Part shown: positions 10,658 to 22,985 of the stretch, one piece after another
Numbering within the stretch: position 1 is the stretch's first letter
How the letters are laid out: each line of letters begins with the position of its first letter
Assembly: GCA_002404295.1 (NCBI GenBank)
Contig: DHJK01000169.1
Location: forward strand, 4,882-39,696
Direction: 5' to 3'
Origin: Legionellales bacterium UBA4722
GTDB taxonomy: Bacteria > Pseudomonadota > Gammaproteobacteria > DSM-16500
Length of the DNA: 34,815 nucleotides
Translations under genes and position numbers: made by a program
The notes under the pieces: generated by a model
Told to the model about the DNA's origin: nothing
The model's input: the letters and a program-made list of their open reading frames with translations, nothing else
The model's database searches: none

Positions 10658-11065
10658 TTATTTTTTCTTTAACTTTGCCCGTTCTAGCGCTGCAAGAATA
10701 TACGCTTTTTTATCACCCGCTAAATTATTTTTCATGTCTATTTGAATTTGAATCGATTGTTCTTTCCCAAGCCGCACCTCACGTACTTGATAACGCTTTT
10801 TGAAATTATCCGCTCTTTGCCTTCGAACAACTTTGTCTTCCAGTTCTCCCATCATCGGCACCATGTCAATACAATCCACCGGGCAAGGTGCAATACACAA
10901 CTTACAACCAATGCATTCATCTGCAATAACTGTATGCATGAAGGTTGAACTCCCTAAAATAGCATCGGCAGGACATGCTTGAATGCATTTAGTGCAACCA
11001 ATGCATTCATCTTCGCGAATAACAGCTAGCATAGGGAGCTTTGAGTTATGCGTCTTGGGCTGCAT
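10658..11065 (-). CDS. rnfB: Stand-alone RnfB/RsxB-like 2x[4Fe-4S] protein, N-terminally short
   Basis: [12 protein letters not shown] and [16 protein letters not shown] ferredoxin motifs; I.AAL.RAK.KK tail; directly after metG. Confidence 0.82.
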   Translation of the reverse strand: MQPKTHNSKLPMLAVIREDECIGCTKCIQACPADAILGSSTFMHTVIADECIGCKLCIAPCPVDCIDMVPMMGELEDKVVRRQRADNFKKRYQVREVRLGKEQSIQIQIDMKNNLAGDKKAYILAALERAKLKKK

Positions 11066-12698
11066 GTTTCATCGCATCAATTTGTGTTTTTTCCAAGCGC
11101 TGTGCGAGCGGTTGAAAAAGCTGTATAGAATGATTGAGTAACGGCTTATTTTTATCCGACCATTTTAAAGGAGATACAATCAGAAATGCCTCTACTTTTT
11201 GCGCAATAGCAGGCAGTACAGGTTTCAAATAAATCGCAAGTAAACGAAATAAATTAATGCCTAACGTACAAACAGCCTGCGTCTCCTGCTGTAATTCAGG
11301 ATTTTTAATCATCGCCCAAGGCTTGCATTCATCAATATATTGATTAGCACGATCCGCTAATGCCATGATTTGCCGCGTCACTTGGTTAAAATCACGCGCT
11401 TCATATTTCAGAGCTATACTATCGCCTTCCTTAACAAAGGTTTCATATAATTCAGGCTTTGACATTTTTTTTGCTAACTTCCCATCAAAATTCTTATTGA
11501 TGAAGCTCGCGCAGCGGCTGGCAATATTCACAAATTTACCCACCAAATCAGAATTAACTCGCTGAGTAAAATCATCAAAGTTGATATCCATATCTTCAAT
11601 TTGATCATTGAATTTAGTTGCGAGATAATAACGAAAATATTCAGGTTGCAAATGTTCAAGATAAGTCTGCGCTTTAATATAAGTGCCGCGCGACTTAGAC
11701 ATTTTAAAACCGTCAATCGTTAAAAAACCATGGCAGAATATGGCAGTAGGCGTACGTAAATCCGCACCACTCAAAACCGCTGGCCAAAATAAAGTATGAA
11801 AATAAAGTATATCCTTGCCAATAAAATGATAAAGCTCAGTCTTGCTATCATTTTCCCAATAATGAGAAAATTTATAGTCTGGATGACGTTCTGCGAAGTT
11901 TTGAAAGCTTGCGATATAGCCAACGGGTGCATCGAGCCAGCAATAAAAATATTTATTCTCTTCACCTGGAATTTTAAATCCAAAGTAGGGCGCATCCCTA
12001 GAGATGTCCCAATCTTGTAAACCCACAGTAAACCACTCATCCAATTTTTTTGTAACCTGTGCTTGCAAATGCCCGTTACGCGTCCATTCATGTAATTGAG
12101 TTTTGAAATTTTGCAACTTAAAAAAGTAATGCTCCGATTCTTTTTCTATAGGTTTAGCGCCCGATAAAGTAGAGTAAGGATTTTTTAATTCAGTAGGCGT
12201 ATACGTTGCACCACAAGATTCACAATTATCACCATATTGATCTTGCGCACCACATCGCGGACACTCGCCTTTAACGTAACGGTCAGGCAAAAACATTTCT
12301 TTCTCAGGATCATATGCCTGCTTGATAATACGCTTACTAATATTATCTTTTTCTACATGACGCTTAAAAATCATGTCGACCAATGCTTGATTTTCACTAG
12401 AATGCGTCGTGTGATAATTATCTAATTCAACCAAAAACCCTTTAATATTTTCCGCATGCTCTGCTCGAAATTGCTCCACTAACTTTTCAGGCGCGATCCC
12501 AAGTTTCTCCGCCTGAATCATAATAGGCGTACCATGCCCATCACACCCACAAATAAACAAACAATCCGCATCCCGCATTTTCTGGAAACGTACCCAGATA
12601 TCTGTTTGGATAAACCCGGCCAAATGACCAAGATGCAAAGAACCATTTGCATAAGGCAAGGCATAAGTGACAAGCATTTTACGTTTTTTATGTAACAT
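11046..12698 (-). CDS. metG: Methionine--tRNA ligase (no C-terminal tRNA-binding appendix)
   Basis: ALPYANG.LHLGH (HIGH), zinc knuckles [25 protein letters not shown]. Confidence 0.98.
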   Translation of the reverse strand: MLHKKRKMLVTYALPYANGSLHLGHLAGFIQTDIWVRFQKMRDADCLFICGCDGHGTPIMIQAEKLGIAPEKLVEQFRAEHAENIKGFLVELDNYHTTHSSENQALVDMIFKRHVEKDNISKRIIKQAYDPEKEMFLPDRYVKGECPRCGAQDQYGDNCESCGATYTPTELKNPYSTLSGAKPIEKESEHYFFKLQNFKTQLHEWTRNGHLQAQVTKKLDEWFTVGLQDWDISRDAPYFGFKIPGEENKYFYCWLDAPVGYIASFQNFAERHPDYKFSHYWENDSKTELYHFIGKDILYFHTLFWPAVLSGADLRTPTAIFCHGFLTIDGFKMSKSRGTYIKAQTYLEHLQPEYFRYYLATKFNDQIEDMDINFDDFTQRVNSDLVGKFVNIASRCASFINKNFDGKLAKKMSKPELYETFVKEGDSIALKYEARDFNQVTRQIMALADRANQYIDECKPWAMIKNPELQQETQAVCTLGINLFRLLAIYLKPVLPAIAQKVEAFLIVSPLKWSDKNKPLLNHSIQLFQPLAQRLEKTQIDAMKHAAQDA

Positions 12699-12733
12699 AG
12701 AGCCCTTTATGATAATTTGCTTTTAGATGGGGG

Positions 12734-12763
12734 ATTATAACCTGTAGGTGGTAAATTAAGCAA
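12734..12763 (-). promoter_or_regulatory. Candidate sigma70 promoter of metG
   Basis: Minus strand TTGCTT-N18-TATAAT, 35 nt upstream of the ATG. Confidence 0.55.
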
Positions 12764-12809
12764 AAAATAGCGATAAAGACCAGCGTTAACAGAAAATCAT
12801 TAATTAACA

Positions 12810-13033
12810 AAAAATAGCCCTGCGTTTATAAAGAGACGTCGAGAATGGCCCTAATATACCTCCACTCTTTACACCTGTAATAACTCTGCGATTCAGTTAA
12901 GGGGTCAGGGGGTTAATGCAGGCGAGTCGTTGCCATGGATGGCAACACAAACGACATGGATGTTGTGTTTCGAGCCAGCATTAACCCCCTGACCCCTTAA
13001 CTTAATCGCAGCCCCTGCCCCATCTCTTGCTTT
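12810..13033. repeat. Family D structured element, copy 1
   Basis: Homologous over ~220 bp to 26090-26312. 34-bp outer stem 12886-12919/12978-13011 (one mismatch) encloses two hairpins with TGGA loops. Confidence 0.92.
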
Positions 13034-13066
13034 TCGCCAACAAAATTCTCATAACCTTAAAAAAAC

Positions 13067-14197
13067 CTAACTATCCTTCGTAATCCCCTTATGATTCATC
13101 AATTCCCTCAACGCCCTCAGCGCATTCATCTGAATCTGCCTAACCCTCTCCCGCGTCAACCCAATCCCCACCCCCGTTTCCTCCAAGGTCTCCCGCTCAA
13201 ACCCCATCAACCCAAACCGCCTACACAACACTTCCCGTTGCTTATCAGGCAATTCAAGCAAACAACCCTCAATATCATGCGTAAGATGCTCATCCTCCAA
13301 TAAATCAGAAGGATCCGTTTTATGTTTATCCGCAATCGACTCCACAAGCGGCCTACCCGTCTCTGTTTCATTGCCAATTAAGATGTCTAATGAAATCATA
13401 TGCTCATTCAGTTCCATCATCTCTTTGACTTCATCCACCGATTTATCAATTTTTGCAGCAATTTCTTGATAACTTGCTTCGTGATTTTCTGTGCGCATGA
13501 TTTCACGTGCAGCCGCTAAACAGCTATTGAGTTCACGTATCACATGAATAGGTAATCGAATAGTGCGACTCTGATTCATAATCGCGCGTTCGATAGTCTG
13601 TCTGATCCACCAAGTAGCATACGTTGAAAAGCGAAACCCACGAGCAGGATCATATTTTTCAACAGCACGTAACAGACCCAAATTACCTTCTTCAATTAAA
13701 TCCAGAAACTCAAGCCCCCGGTTATAATAATGACGTGCAATTTTCACAACTAGACGTAAATTACTTTTTATCATCGTTGCACGCGCTGCTTTGTTACCTT
13801 TTTGAATGAGTCGTGCGTAATGGATTTCTTCTTCAAAAGAAAGAAGAGGGGAGTAACCAATTTCGGCGAGGTAAATTTGCGTTGGATCAGTAGACTGATT
13901 GATTCCCGCCATGGCGTAATTTTTTAATTCCATTTCCTCATGTTCAATGAGCACAGGTAATAATTCTGTAGAATTTGGTTTTTTACCTTTTTTTTCGGCT
14001 TTAGGTTTTATGCGGATATTTTTTTTCTTTTCGACTTTGAGTGCTTTTTTGATGGGGGTTTTCTTTTTAGTTATAAGCTTTTTTTTGACATTCTTTTTCT
14101 TTAAGGCCCTAGGCTTTTTCTTTATGTCTGTTTTCTTTTTTAAAGATTTAGGAGATACGCGCGCGCGTTTATCTTCCTGTTTTCTTTTAGTAGACAT
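13067..14197 (-). CDS. rpoS: RNA polymerase sigma factor RpoS with lysine-rich N-terminal extension
   Basis: SNLRLVVKIA, DLIEEGNLGL, RFSTYATWWIRQTIERAIMNQ, LTRERVRQIQ; downstream of nlpD. Confidence 0.96.
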   Translation of the reverse strand: MSTKRKQEDKRARVSPKSLKKKTDIKKKPRALKKKNVKKKLITKKKTPIKKALKVEKKKNIRIKPKAEKKGKKPNSTELLPVLIEHEEMELKNYAMAGINQSTDPTQIYLAEIGYSPLLSFEEEIHYARLIQKGNKAARATMIKSNLRLVVKIARHYYNRGLEFLDLIEEGNLGLLRAVEKYDPARGFRFSTYATWWIRQTIERAIMNQSRTIRLPIHVIRELNSCLAAAREIMRTENHEASYQEIAAKIDKSVDEVKEMMELNEHMISLDILIGNETETGRPLVESIADKHKTDPSDLLEDEHLTHDIEGCLLELPDKQREVLCRRFGLMGFERETLEETGVGIGLTRERVRQIQMNALRALRELMNHKGITKDS

Positions 14198-14255
14198 TCC
14201 TGAATCCTTTAGAAATGGCGGGATAGAGAGGCTCTACCCCTATTAGAGCATTATA

Positions 14256-15026
14256 TTAGACTTTGCGCGTTAAATAAATTAGTGGATTTACTGGCTGTCC
14301 ATTGCGGCGTATTTCAAAATGCAGCAGCGTGCGTCTTGCGCCAGTATTGCCCATTTCAGCTATTTCTTGCCCCCTTCTTACCCACTCACCTTCTTTTACC
14401 AAGAGTTTCTTGTTATGCGCGTATGCAGATAAAAATTTACTATTGTGTTTAATAATAATTAAATTCCCATAACCGCGCAAACCATGCCCACTATAAACGA
14501 CTTTGCCAGCCGCGGCAGCAAAAACAGGGTCGCCTGAATAACCGCTAATATTAATTCCCTTATTCACAGACGAAAAAGTGCCAATGATCTGTCCGCGTAC
14601 AGGCCAACTCCAAAAAGAAATGATCGTATTGGGTTCTCGTTCACGGGGCTGTGGTGCTATTGGTAAGGACTTGTTCTTTGCGGGAAGAGTAATTTGAGTG
14701 ACGGGTTTACTAATACGTACAGTGATTGGCGGATTTAATTTTTTCAAAGACACATTTTTTGTTAAATAAATCACCTGGCCTTTTTGTATATGATAAGGAG
14801 GTGTTAAATGGTTACGTTGTGCTAAATCACGATAATCCATGCCAAAACGCCATGCGATCGAGTAGAGCGTTTCTCCAGCTCCCACGTGATAGATACCATT
14901 CTTAGGCAGAGATTCAATGGTATTAACGTCACTGACAGGTGCATAGTCAGTTCGACTAGCGCAGGCCGTTAATCCCACAGCAAGCAAAAAAAGAATACTT
15001 ATTTTAGCAATGAATCCTGCCATCAC
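14256..15026 (-). CDS. nlpD: Lipoprotein NlpD (LysM + M23 peptidase-like)
   Basis: Lipobox LTAC, LysM (GETLYSIAW), GYGNLIIIKH..YAHN..LHFEIR; upstream of rpoS. Confidence 0.95.
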   Translation of the reverse strand: MMAGFIAKISILFLLAVGLTACASRTDYAPVSDVNTIESLPKNGIYHVGAGETLYSIAWRFGMDYRDLAQRNHLTPPYHIQKGQVIYLTKNVSLKKLNPPITVRISKPVTQITLPAKNKSLPIAPQPREREPNTIISFWSWPVRGQIIGTFSSVNKGINISGYSGDPVFAAAAGKVVYSGHGLRGYGNLIIIKHNSKFLSAYAHNKKLLVKEGEWVRRGQEIAEMGNTGARRTLLHFEIRRNGQPVNPLIYLTRKV

Positions 15027-15030
15027 TTTA

Positions 15031-15786
15031 TCATCCTATATTAATTGCTTTAACCCAGCCTGATAATTGTTCAAAAACTTCATAATGAGTCAAATCCAGT
15101 TGCAAAGGCGTAATAGAAGCAAAACCTGAATTGACTGCATGAAAATCTGTGCCAGGACCCGCATCTTGTTCCGGCCCTGGTTGACCTATCCAATAAATGC
15201 GGCGACCACGTGGATCAACCGTTTTAATGGTGGGCTCTGCAATATGTCGCGTGCCCAAACGTGTGACTTGAATACCTCTTAATTCCTCTAAGGGGAGATC
15301 AGGCACATTCACATTTAAAATGGTATTTTTAGGTAAAGGGTCTTTTTCTAAACGGATGACTAAGAGTTTAGCAATGTGTGCGGCTGTTGCATAATGTAGA
15401 CACTTTGGACCTGCAAGTGACACCGCAATGGAGGATACACCTAGAAAACGCCCTTCCATGGCTGCTGCAACAGTGCCTGAGTAAAGTACGTCATCGCTTA
15501 AGTTTGTGCCTTCATTGATGCCAGATACCACCATATTAGGCATTTCTTTGAGTAAACCAGTCACTGCAATATGAACGCAATCGGTGGGTGTGCCATTCAC
15601 ACTATAAAAACCATTCGTGGCCGTTGTAACGCGTAATGGGTTGACTAAAGACAACGAGTTACTAGCACCGCTGCGGTTACGATCGGGTGCCACGACAGTC
15701 ACTTCAGCAATTTCACCTAAGCTTTTGGCTAAAGCAGCCAAGCCTGGAGCTAAAACACCGTCATCGTTGCTGATTAATATTCTCAT
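15031..15786 (-). CDS. surE: 5'/3'-nucleotidase SurE
   Basis: [29 protein letters not shown]. Confidence 0.98.
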   Translation of the reverse strand: MRILISNDDGVLAPGLAALAKSLGEIAEVTVVAPDRNRSGASNSLSLVNPLRVTTATNGFYSVNGTPTDCVHIAVTGLLKEMPNMVVSGINEGTNLSDDVLYSGTVAAAMEGRFLGVSSIAVSLAGPKCLHYATAAHIAKLLVIRLEKDPLPKNTILNVNVPDLPLEELRGIQVTRLGTRHIAEPTIKTVDPRGRRIYWIGQPGPEQDAGPGTDFHAVNSGFASITPLQLDLTHYEVFEQLSGWVKAINIG

Positions 15787-15795
15787 TAAATTCCC

Positions 15796-16089
15796 TTACT
15801 TCATGACCTGGTAAAAGGTTTCATCTTTTTTTATCATGCCTAATTCTTGTCTGGCACGCGATTCTATAGCATCTTGATTACGCTGTAGATAGTGTACTTG
15901 ATGTAGCAATTCTTCGTTCTGCTTTTTTAACGTATTGTTTATTTCTGCTTGGATTGCGAATTGTTTTTTTAAAGCGACTTTATCTTTTATGCCACCGGTG
16001 CCATACCAAAGCTTGTATTGCAAGAATACTAAAAGCACTATCATTATAACGGACAGTAATTTAAATTGAATATGGCCTGATTGAGTCAC
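15796..16089 (-). CDS. ftsB: Cell division protein FtsB
   Basis: TM helix, LQY.LW.G.GG, coiled coil, IE.RAR.ELGMIK.DETFY; after eno. Confidence 0.93.
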   Translation of the reverse strand: MTQSGHIQFKLLSVIMIVLLVFLQYKLWYGTGGIKDKVALKKQFAIQAEINNTLKKQNEELLHQVHYLQRNQDAIESRARQELGMIKKDETFYQVMK

Positions 16090-16168
16090 TTTTATTACCT
16101 TTTAATTTGTAACTAAATTTCCCTGCTCTAATCGTACCTGCGCCCTCAGCTCACGCTAAGTAGCTGCT

Positions 16169-18203
<2,035 letters not shown>

Positions 18204-18207
<4 letters not shown>

Positions 18208-19265
18208 CGGTAAAGGGGGCTCGCATGATACTGTGACATTAAAAAACGTAGCCATACCATAATAATAGCGGCTGCAGGTAATGCTAACAATACACCAAAA
18301 AATCCAAATAACTTACCACCAGCAAGGATCGCAAAGATGACTGCAACAGGATGCAATCCAATTCGATTTCCCACAAGCTTAGGTGTTAAATAGGTATGTT
18401 CGAGTATGTGTCCTAACACAAAGAGTAACCAAACTAATAAGACCGATGAGAGAGCACCAAATTGAATATATGCTGCAATGCTGGCAACGACTATCCCTAC
18501 AATCACACCAAGATAAGGGACAATACTAATCATGCCAATGATCAAACCCAGTATCAAGCCAATGCGTAACCCAATCAACGTCAACCCAATAGAATAAAGC
18601 ACGCCTAACGCTATCATTACAATAAATTGACCACGAAAAAATGCGCTTAATACGGCATTGCATTCTTTCACTAATTTCACGACAGTCGGTTCAATGCGTC
18701 GCGGTATTAAATGATTGATTCCCCCTATGACTTTGTTCCAGTCGAGCAGTAAATAAAATGTGACGACTGGAATTAAAATTAAATTAATAAGCCATTCCAC
18801 GAGAACGAAACCAGAGTGCAAGACAGTATTAAAGAATTTACTCGCTGTGTTGTCTCCCGATTTTGTTAAGTGCTCGACGAGTGACGTTTTAAGAGTGTTC
18901 ATGCTTGGCTCATGAATACCGAGTTGCTCTGACAACCAAGGTATTCCAGTGACTTGTATCCAATCAAGCATGTCTGGAAGGGCATCTGATAAATTTTCAA
19001 GCTGTGTTTGAATCACAGGTATAAGAAATATAACGAGTAGTACAATGACAAAAAACAGCAAAGAAAAGATGATAATGACACTGAGTAAACGCGGCAAATG
19101 TAAGCGCATCAGTTGTGTAACCAAGGGGTCAACTAAGTACGCCAGCAACGCTCCCATTAAGAAAGGCGTTAAGATGGGTGCCAGCAAATAGAGTAACCAC
19201 CCTAAAAAAAGGACAGTTAAAAAAAGATAGAATTTATTCCATGTATGTATTGTTAAGGATTCCAT
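18204..19265 (-). CDS. AI-2E (PerM-like) family transporter
   Basis: Multi-TM; PF....LAYL.DP, FFRGQ, P.LVG..IGLHP, FGFFG.LLALP. Confidence 0.92.
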
Positions 19266-20311
19266 TGATAGACCACCATCGTATCAGCTGCATTGGTAAT
19301 AGGTGCGGGCGTCAGTTTTTTACCCAAGGCTAGGGCTTGAACAAAAGATTCCTGAGTGCTGCGTAAGCTCACTTTCAGTATAACGTCATTGTCGGACAAT
19401 ATCTTAGTAATCTCTACATTGGCGACAGGCGTTAAATGATTAAGGTAACGTGTTAGCTGTGCAAAATCACGATAGTGCGTAATGCCCGTTACTTTCAATG
19501 CTAAGTCTTTTTGAATGGTGTTGGTGGTCACGACCGCAAAACGCGTGGCCAGTGTGTTTGTTATATTGTTAATGAGGGTAGGTGCTATATCTATTATACT
19601 TTTTCCTGCAAGGTTCCAATCCCATTGGTGATCGCCAAGTACCAGCTTCCATTGTGAAGCAAGACCATTACTATCTTGAGTGATATGTCCTATTAAAACA
19701 GCATCGCTGACATAACGTTTTGCTGCATCCGTTAATTTGGATATCGTCATGTCCGTGACATCTTTGGGCGTAATTTGATTGATTTCAGTCATATCCATAA
19801 CGGGTAGCACTAAAGGTAATCCACGTTTTTCTGCATTTTGTTTTAATAATGTACTAATATCACTGATTGAATCACTGCTAATTATTTCTGCAGGATGTCC
19901 AGATCCTTCGTAAACAATCCAAGCGATAACGAGAGGACGGTTCTGACCCCAAATAGCGGCTCCTGCATCACGCAGCCATTGGTTTACCCCTGTGGGATCA
20001 AATTGTACTTCTAACAAATAGGGCGTTGTGCTTTTGCCTGGTGGCAGGGTGGTGTAACTAAATTGTTGAATCAGTGTATCTGCAGCGCTTAAGTTTGATT
20101 TCAACTTAGGATTATTTAAAATTTGAGCATCCCCGCTAACCTTAATCATAACTTGCTCTAGCGCTTGTCGAGTCGCCTGATTACGCTCCGCCGTCGCTTG
20201 CGTAGTGACAGGCGCCGTACTTTTATAAAGCGAATCCACTTTTATTGCCAGTGCTGACGTTGTCATAAAGAAGACAACAATACTTAATGCAAAAACCCAA
20301 GCTGTGCGCAT
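19253..20311 (-). CDS. DUF2066-family exported protein
   Basis: Signal peptide, LY....PV, AL.QV..KVSG, FD..V...L, W...RP, RGLPLVLP.MD; usual context before AI-2E/hda. Confidence 0.82.
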   Translation of the reverse strand: MRTAWVFALSIVVFFMTTSALAIKVDSLYKSTAPVTTQATAERNQATRQALEQVMIKVSGDAQILNNPKLKSNLSAADTLIQQFSYTTLPPGKSTTPYLLEVQFDPTGVNQWLRDAGAAIWGQNRPLVIAWIVYEGSGHPAEIISSDSISDISTLLKQNAEKRGLPLVLPVMDMTEINQITPKDVTDMTISKLTDAAKRYVSDAVLIGHITQDSNGLASQWKLVLGDHQWDWNLAGKSIIDIAPTLINNITNTLATRFAVVTTNTIQKDLALKVTGITHYRDFAQLTRYLNHLTPVANVEITKILSDNDVILKVSLRSTQESFVQALALGKKLTPAPITNAADTMVVYQWNP

Positions 20312-20506
20312 AGAAACCCTACTGTCAAGTTAGAGATATATATTACACGATAATGTTCCACTTTGGCATAGGTTTACCCTAAGTGGCACTCTATCTTCTG
20401 GATTTATTTTTAAAGATATACTATATTGTTCAAAGGGATATAATTTTTTTAAAGGCGGGTGTCTGTAACATTTAACCAAACGGAGGCAGCGCTACTGCTG
20501 AAAAAC

Positions 20507-20845
20507 ATGCTAATTAAATCACAATTGATCGCGGAAATTAGTAAAAAACTATCTTATCTTCCTGAGAGAGACATTGCATTAAGCATTAACCATATCGTGA
20601 CAAAGATGGGTGATGTACTCAGCGAAGGCGGACGTATAGAAATCCGTGGTTTCGGCAGCTTCTGCCTTCATTACCGCCCACCTCGTAGAGCGCATAATCC
20701 TAAAACCGGTGAAAAACTGGTGACAGAGCCGAAACACGCAGTTCATTTTAAACCTGGTAAAGAATTACGTGAACAAGTGAATGGAAGCCGACATATTCCA
20801 TTGACGGAGACATCAGGTGGCGATGCGGATGAGGGTGAAGAATAA
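20507..20845 (+). CDS. ihfB: Integration host factor beta subunit (acidic C-terminal tail)
   Basis: IKSQLI, RIEIRGFGSF.LHYR.PR..NPKTG, HFKPGKELRE.VN. Start uncertain (ORF is open from 20459). Confidence 0.92.
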   Translation: MLIKSQLIAEISKKLSYLPERDIALSINHIVTKMGDVLSEGGRIEIRGFGSFCLHYRPPRRAHNPKTGEKLVTEPKHAVHFKPGKELREQVNGSRHIPLTETSGGDADEGEE

Positions 20846-20848
20846 TCT

Positions 20849-20902
20849 GTATTGCTTTAATCGTGCCCATGAACGTGCCCGCGTGCGTGCCCGTCTTTTT
20901 TT
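20849..20902. repeat. Family A half-element (left arm only)
   Basis: aatcgtgcccatgaacgtgcccgcgtgcgtgcccgtctttt matches the left arm at 34682-34722. Confidence 0.85.
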
Positions 20903-20946
20903 ACAATATGCCACTTAATCTGTTTATAGGTAATAGCTTACACACT

Positions 20947-21050
20947 ACCGCCGTTATTGCGACCCAGAGCGCAGCGTGGGTGAAGCAACCCTGTTTTTTC
21001 AGAGCTGATTAGAGCTAGGTTGCTTCGCTCACACTTGCAATGACGACGGT
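20947..21050. repeat. Family C element, degenerate copy overlapping the dctA 3' end
   Basis: ctaggttgcttcgctcacacttgcaatgacg (21015-21045) differs by 2 nt from 10606-10636; decayed left arm ccgttattgcga...gaagcaacc. Confidence 0.85.
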
Positions 21051-22316
21051 GGGCTGAGCTATTACGTTTATCATGCCTAACTTTTCTTTGGCAATATTCA
21101 AATTACCTTCCCATCTAGATATGACCATTGTTGCAACGCCATTCCCTATCAAGTTGGTTATCGAACGAGCTTCAGACATAAATCTATCAACGCCTAATAA
21201 TAGAACCAGCCCTTCAACCGGTATTGTATGTGTACTCGATATGACTGTAGCTAGAACAATGAAGCCTCCACCTGTGACATTGGCTGCGCCTTTGGACATT
21301 AACATGAAAGTCACAATCATTATTATTTGTTGTGGGAAGCTAATATCAAGATGAAATGCTTGAGCAATGAACATAAAAAACATCGTTAAGTAGATAGACA
21401 TGCCATCAAGGTTAAAAGCATAACCGGCTGGCAATACAAAAGCAGCGACTGATTTACTGCATCCCTTATCCTTAAGTTTGTTAATCATGCTGGGTAAAAC
21501 TGTTTCTGTTGTAGCTGTACCTAACACAATAAACAGTTCTTCTTTGATGTATTTTAAAAAATCTAAGAGGCTAAAATTAGCTAATTTAGCTATCAAGCCT
21601 AAGACGATAAATATAAAAAAGAAACAGGTAAGATAAAAGCAGCCTAATAACTTGCTAAGCGCAGTCAATGAATGTATTCCATAAGTGCCTATAGTATAAG
21701 ACATAGCGCCAAAAGCACCAATTGGGGCTATTTTCATAATCCATTTAATGACAGAAAATAAAATTTGAGAAAAATTTTCTATGGCCCCTATAATCGGTTT
21801 ACCTTTATCACCCGCTTGTAATAAAGCAAATCCAAAAAGAATAGAAACAAATAAAACTTGTAAAGAATCTCCTTGAGTAAAAGCGCTTATCAATGTGTTT
21901 GGGATGATATTCAATATAAATGTGGTGAGATCAAATGAAGTGGTTTTATCTACAAAACTCGCAATCTTTGTGGTATCCAAGTCATGAATATTGATATTTA
22001 GATTAGCGCCAGGCTGAAAATAATTGACTACAACAAGGCCTAAAAGCATCGCAAATGTTGTCATTATTTCAAAATAAATAATTGCTTTGATTCCAATACG
22101 ACCTGCTTCTCTTAAATTTTTCAGGCTATAAATACCACTGACGACCGTTGTGAAAATGATTAATGGTATTGTTGTACGAATTAATTTAATAAACCCATCA
22201 CCCAGCGGTTTCATCTTTGAAGCAAAGTCTGGATAAAAATGGCCTAACAAGATTCCAATGAGGATGCTTACAATGACCTGGAAATAAAGTTGCTTGTATA
22301 AATTTAGTATTTTCAT
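21015..22316 (-). CDS. dctA: C4-dicarboxylate:cation symporter (DAACS family)
   Basis: LYFQV, MKPLGDGFIKLI, YIKEEL.IVLGT, P.GY.FNLDG.SIY, GVDRFMSEAR..TN.IGN. Confidence 0.92.
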   Translation of the reverse strand: MKILNLYKQLYFQVIVSILIGILLGHFYPDFASKMKPLGDGFIKLIRTTIPLIIFTTVVSGIYSLKNLREAGRIGIKAIIYFEIMTTFAMLLGLVVVNYFQPGANLNINIHDLDTTKIASFVDKTTSFDLTTFILNIIPNTLISAFTQGDSLQVLFVSILFGFALLQAGDKGKPIIGAIENFSQILFSVIKWIMKIAPIGAFGAMSYTIGTYGIHSLTALSKLLGCFYLTCFFFIFIVLGLIAKLANFSLLDFLKYIKEELFIVLGTATTETVLPSMINKLKDKGCSKSVAAFVLPAGYAFNLDGMSIYLTMFFMFIAQAFHLDISFPQQIIMIVTFMLMSKGAANVTGGGFIVLATVISSTHTIPVEGLVLLLGVDRFMSEARSITNLIGNGVATMVISRWEGNLNIAKEKLGMINVIAQPTVVIASVSEAT

Positions 22317-22384
22317 ATCGCCCTGCTGGATGCGTCATCATTTGATAAAGTGTAATGTTTTCTAAAAAAATTAAAGCTAGAAAT

Positions 22385-22416
22385 AAAAAAGGCGGTGATT
22401 ATTTAATGCACCGCCT
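22385..22416 (-). terminator. Rho-independent terminator after ORF 22467-22985
   Basis: aggcggtg/caccgcct stem followed by a T-run on the minus strand. Confidence 0.7.
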
Positions 22417-22466
22417 ATTCATAAAATATTAAGAAGAGTTTCTGCTTAATTTAATAATGAAAAAAT

Positions 22467-22985
22467 TTACTTTGCCATACTATCCCAGGAGCAATTCTGT
22501 AAATTGCCCGCCCAAGTATTACATTCATATCCGTCTATATTTTCACCAGTATAAAAGTTAGATTTCGGTAATGATGTTGGAGTACCCGTTAAAAATTTAT
22601 TGTTGGCCACAATGAGCTTACTAGGAAATGCACTCCCCCCAGTAGAAGCACTGAGGTCATACGTACAAACCGCATACCAATGATCTTTGTCATTTTGGTC
22701 TGGAAATGATTTAATATTTGCCCAAAAGACAGTGTCACTAACTAAAGAGGAGATCAATACGGTATCAGATACTGTAGTATTTGATACATACCACCCTAAT
22801 TTTTTGTACTCATCTTGTATTTCCCAATGACCATTGAATTTTTTATGAGAGAACGCGCTCAGAGGTGGGCACTGATTAGGTGATATTGTTGCAGATGCAT
22901 CTGTTATGGATTGATCGGCATAAACAGCTGAACAAACTAATGCCAGCGCTGTTAGACCGCATGTAATGAGTGATTTTTTCATCAT
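22467..22985 (-). CDS. Small secreted Cys-containing protein (pattern reminiscent of DUF3757)
   Basis: Signal peptide (..VYA/D), CP near the N-terminus, C.Y centrally, two C-terminal Cys; GGAG RBS. Family call is tentative. Confidence 0.65.
   Translation of the reverse strand: MMKKSLITCGLTALALVCSAVYADQSITDASATISPNQCPPLSAFSHKKFNGHWEIQDEYKKLGWYVSNTTVSDTVLISSLVSDTVFWANIKSFPDQNDKDHWYAVCTYDLSASTGGSAFPSKLIVANNKFLTGTPTSLPKSNFYTGENIDGYECNTWAGNLQNCSWDSMAK

Noticed and set aside
12810-13033. Family D as a metG leader (T-box/SAM riboswitch)
   Set aside because: A second copy precedes the unrelated pfk gene, candidate promoters lie between the element and each gene, and no riboswitch motif was recognised.
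13091-13303. Pro/Gln/His-rich plus-strand ORF
   Set aside because: By-product of the C/A-rich skew opposite the rpoS 3' end.
14220-14241. Short hairpin between nlpD and rpoS
   Set aside because: Imperfect stem without a T-tract; could arise by chance.
13947-14246. Phe-rich apparent membrane ORF
   Set aside because: Antisense reading of the poly-Lys codons of rpoS.
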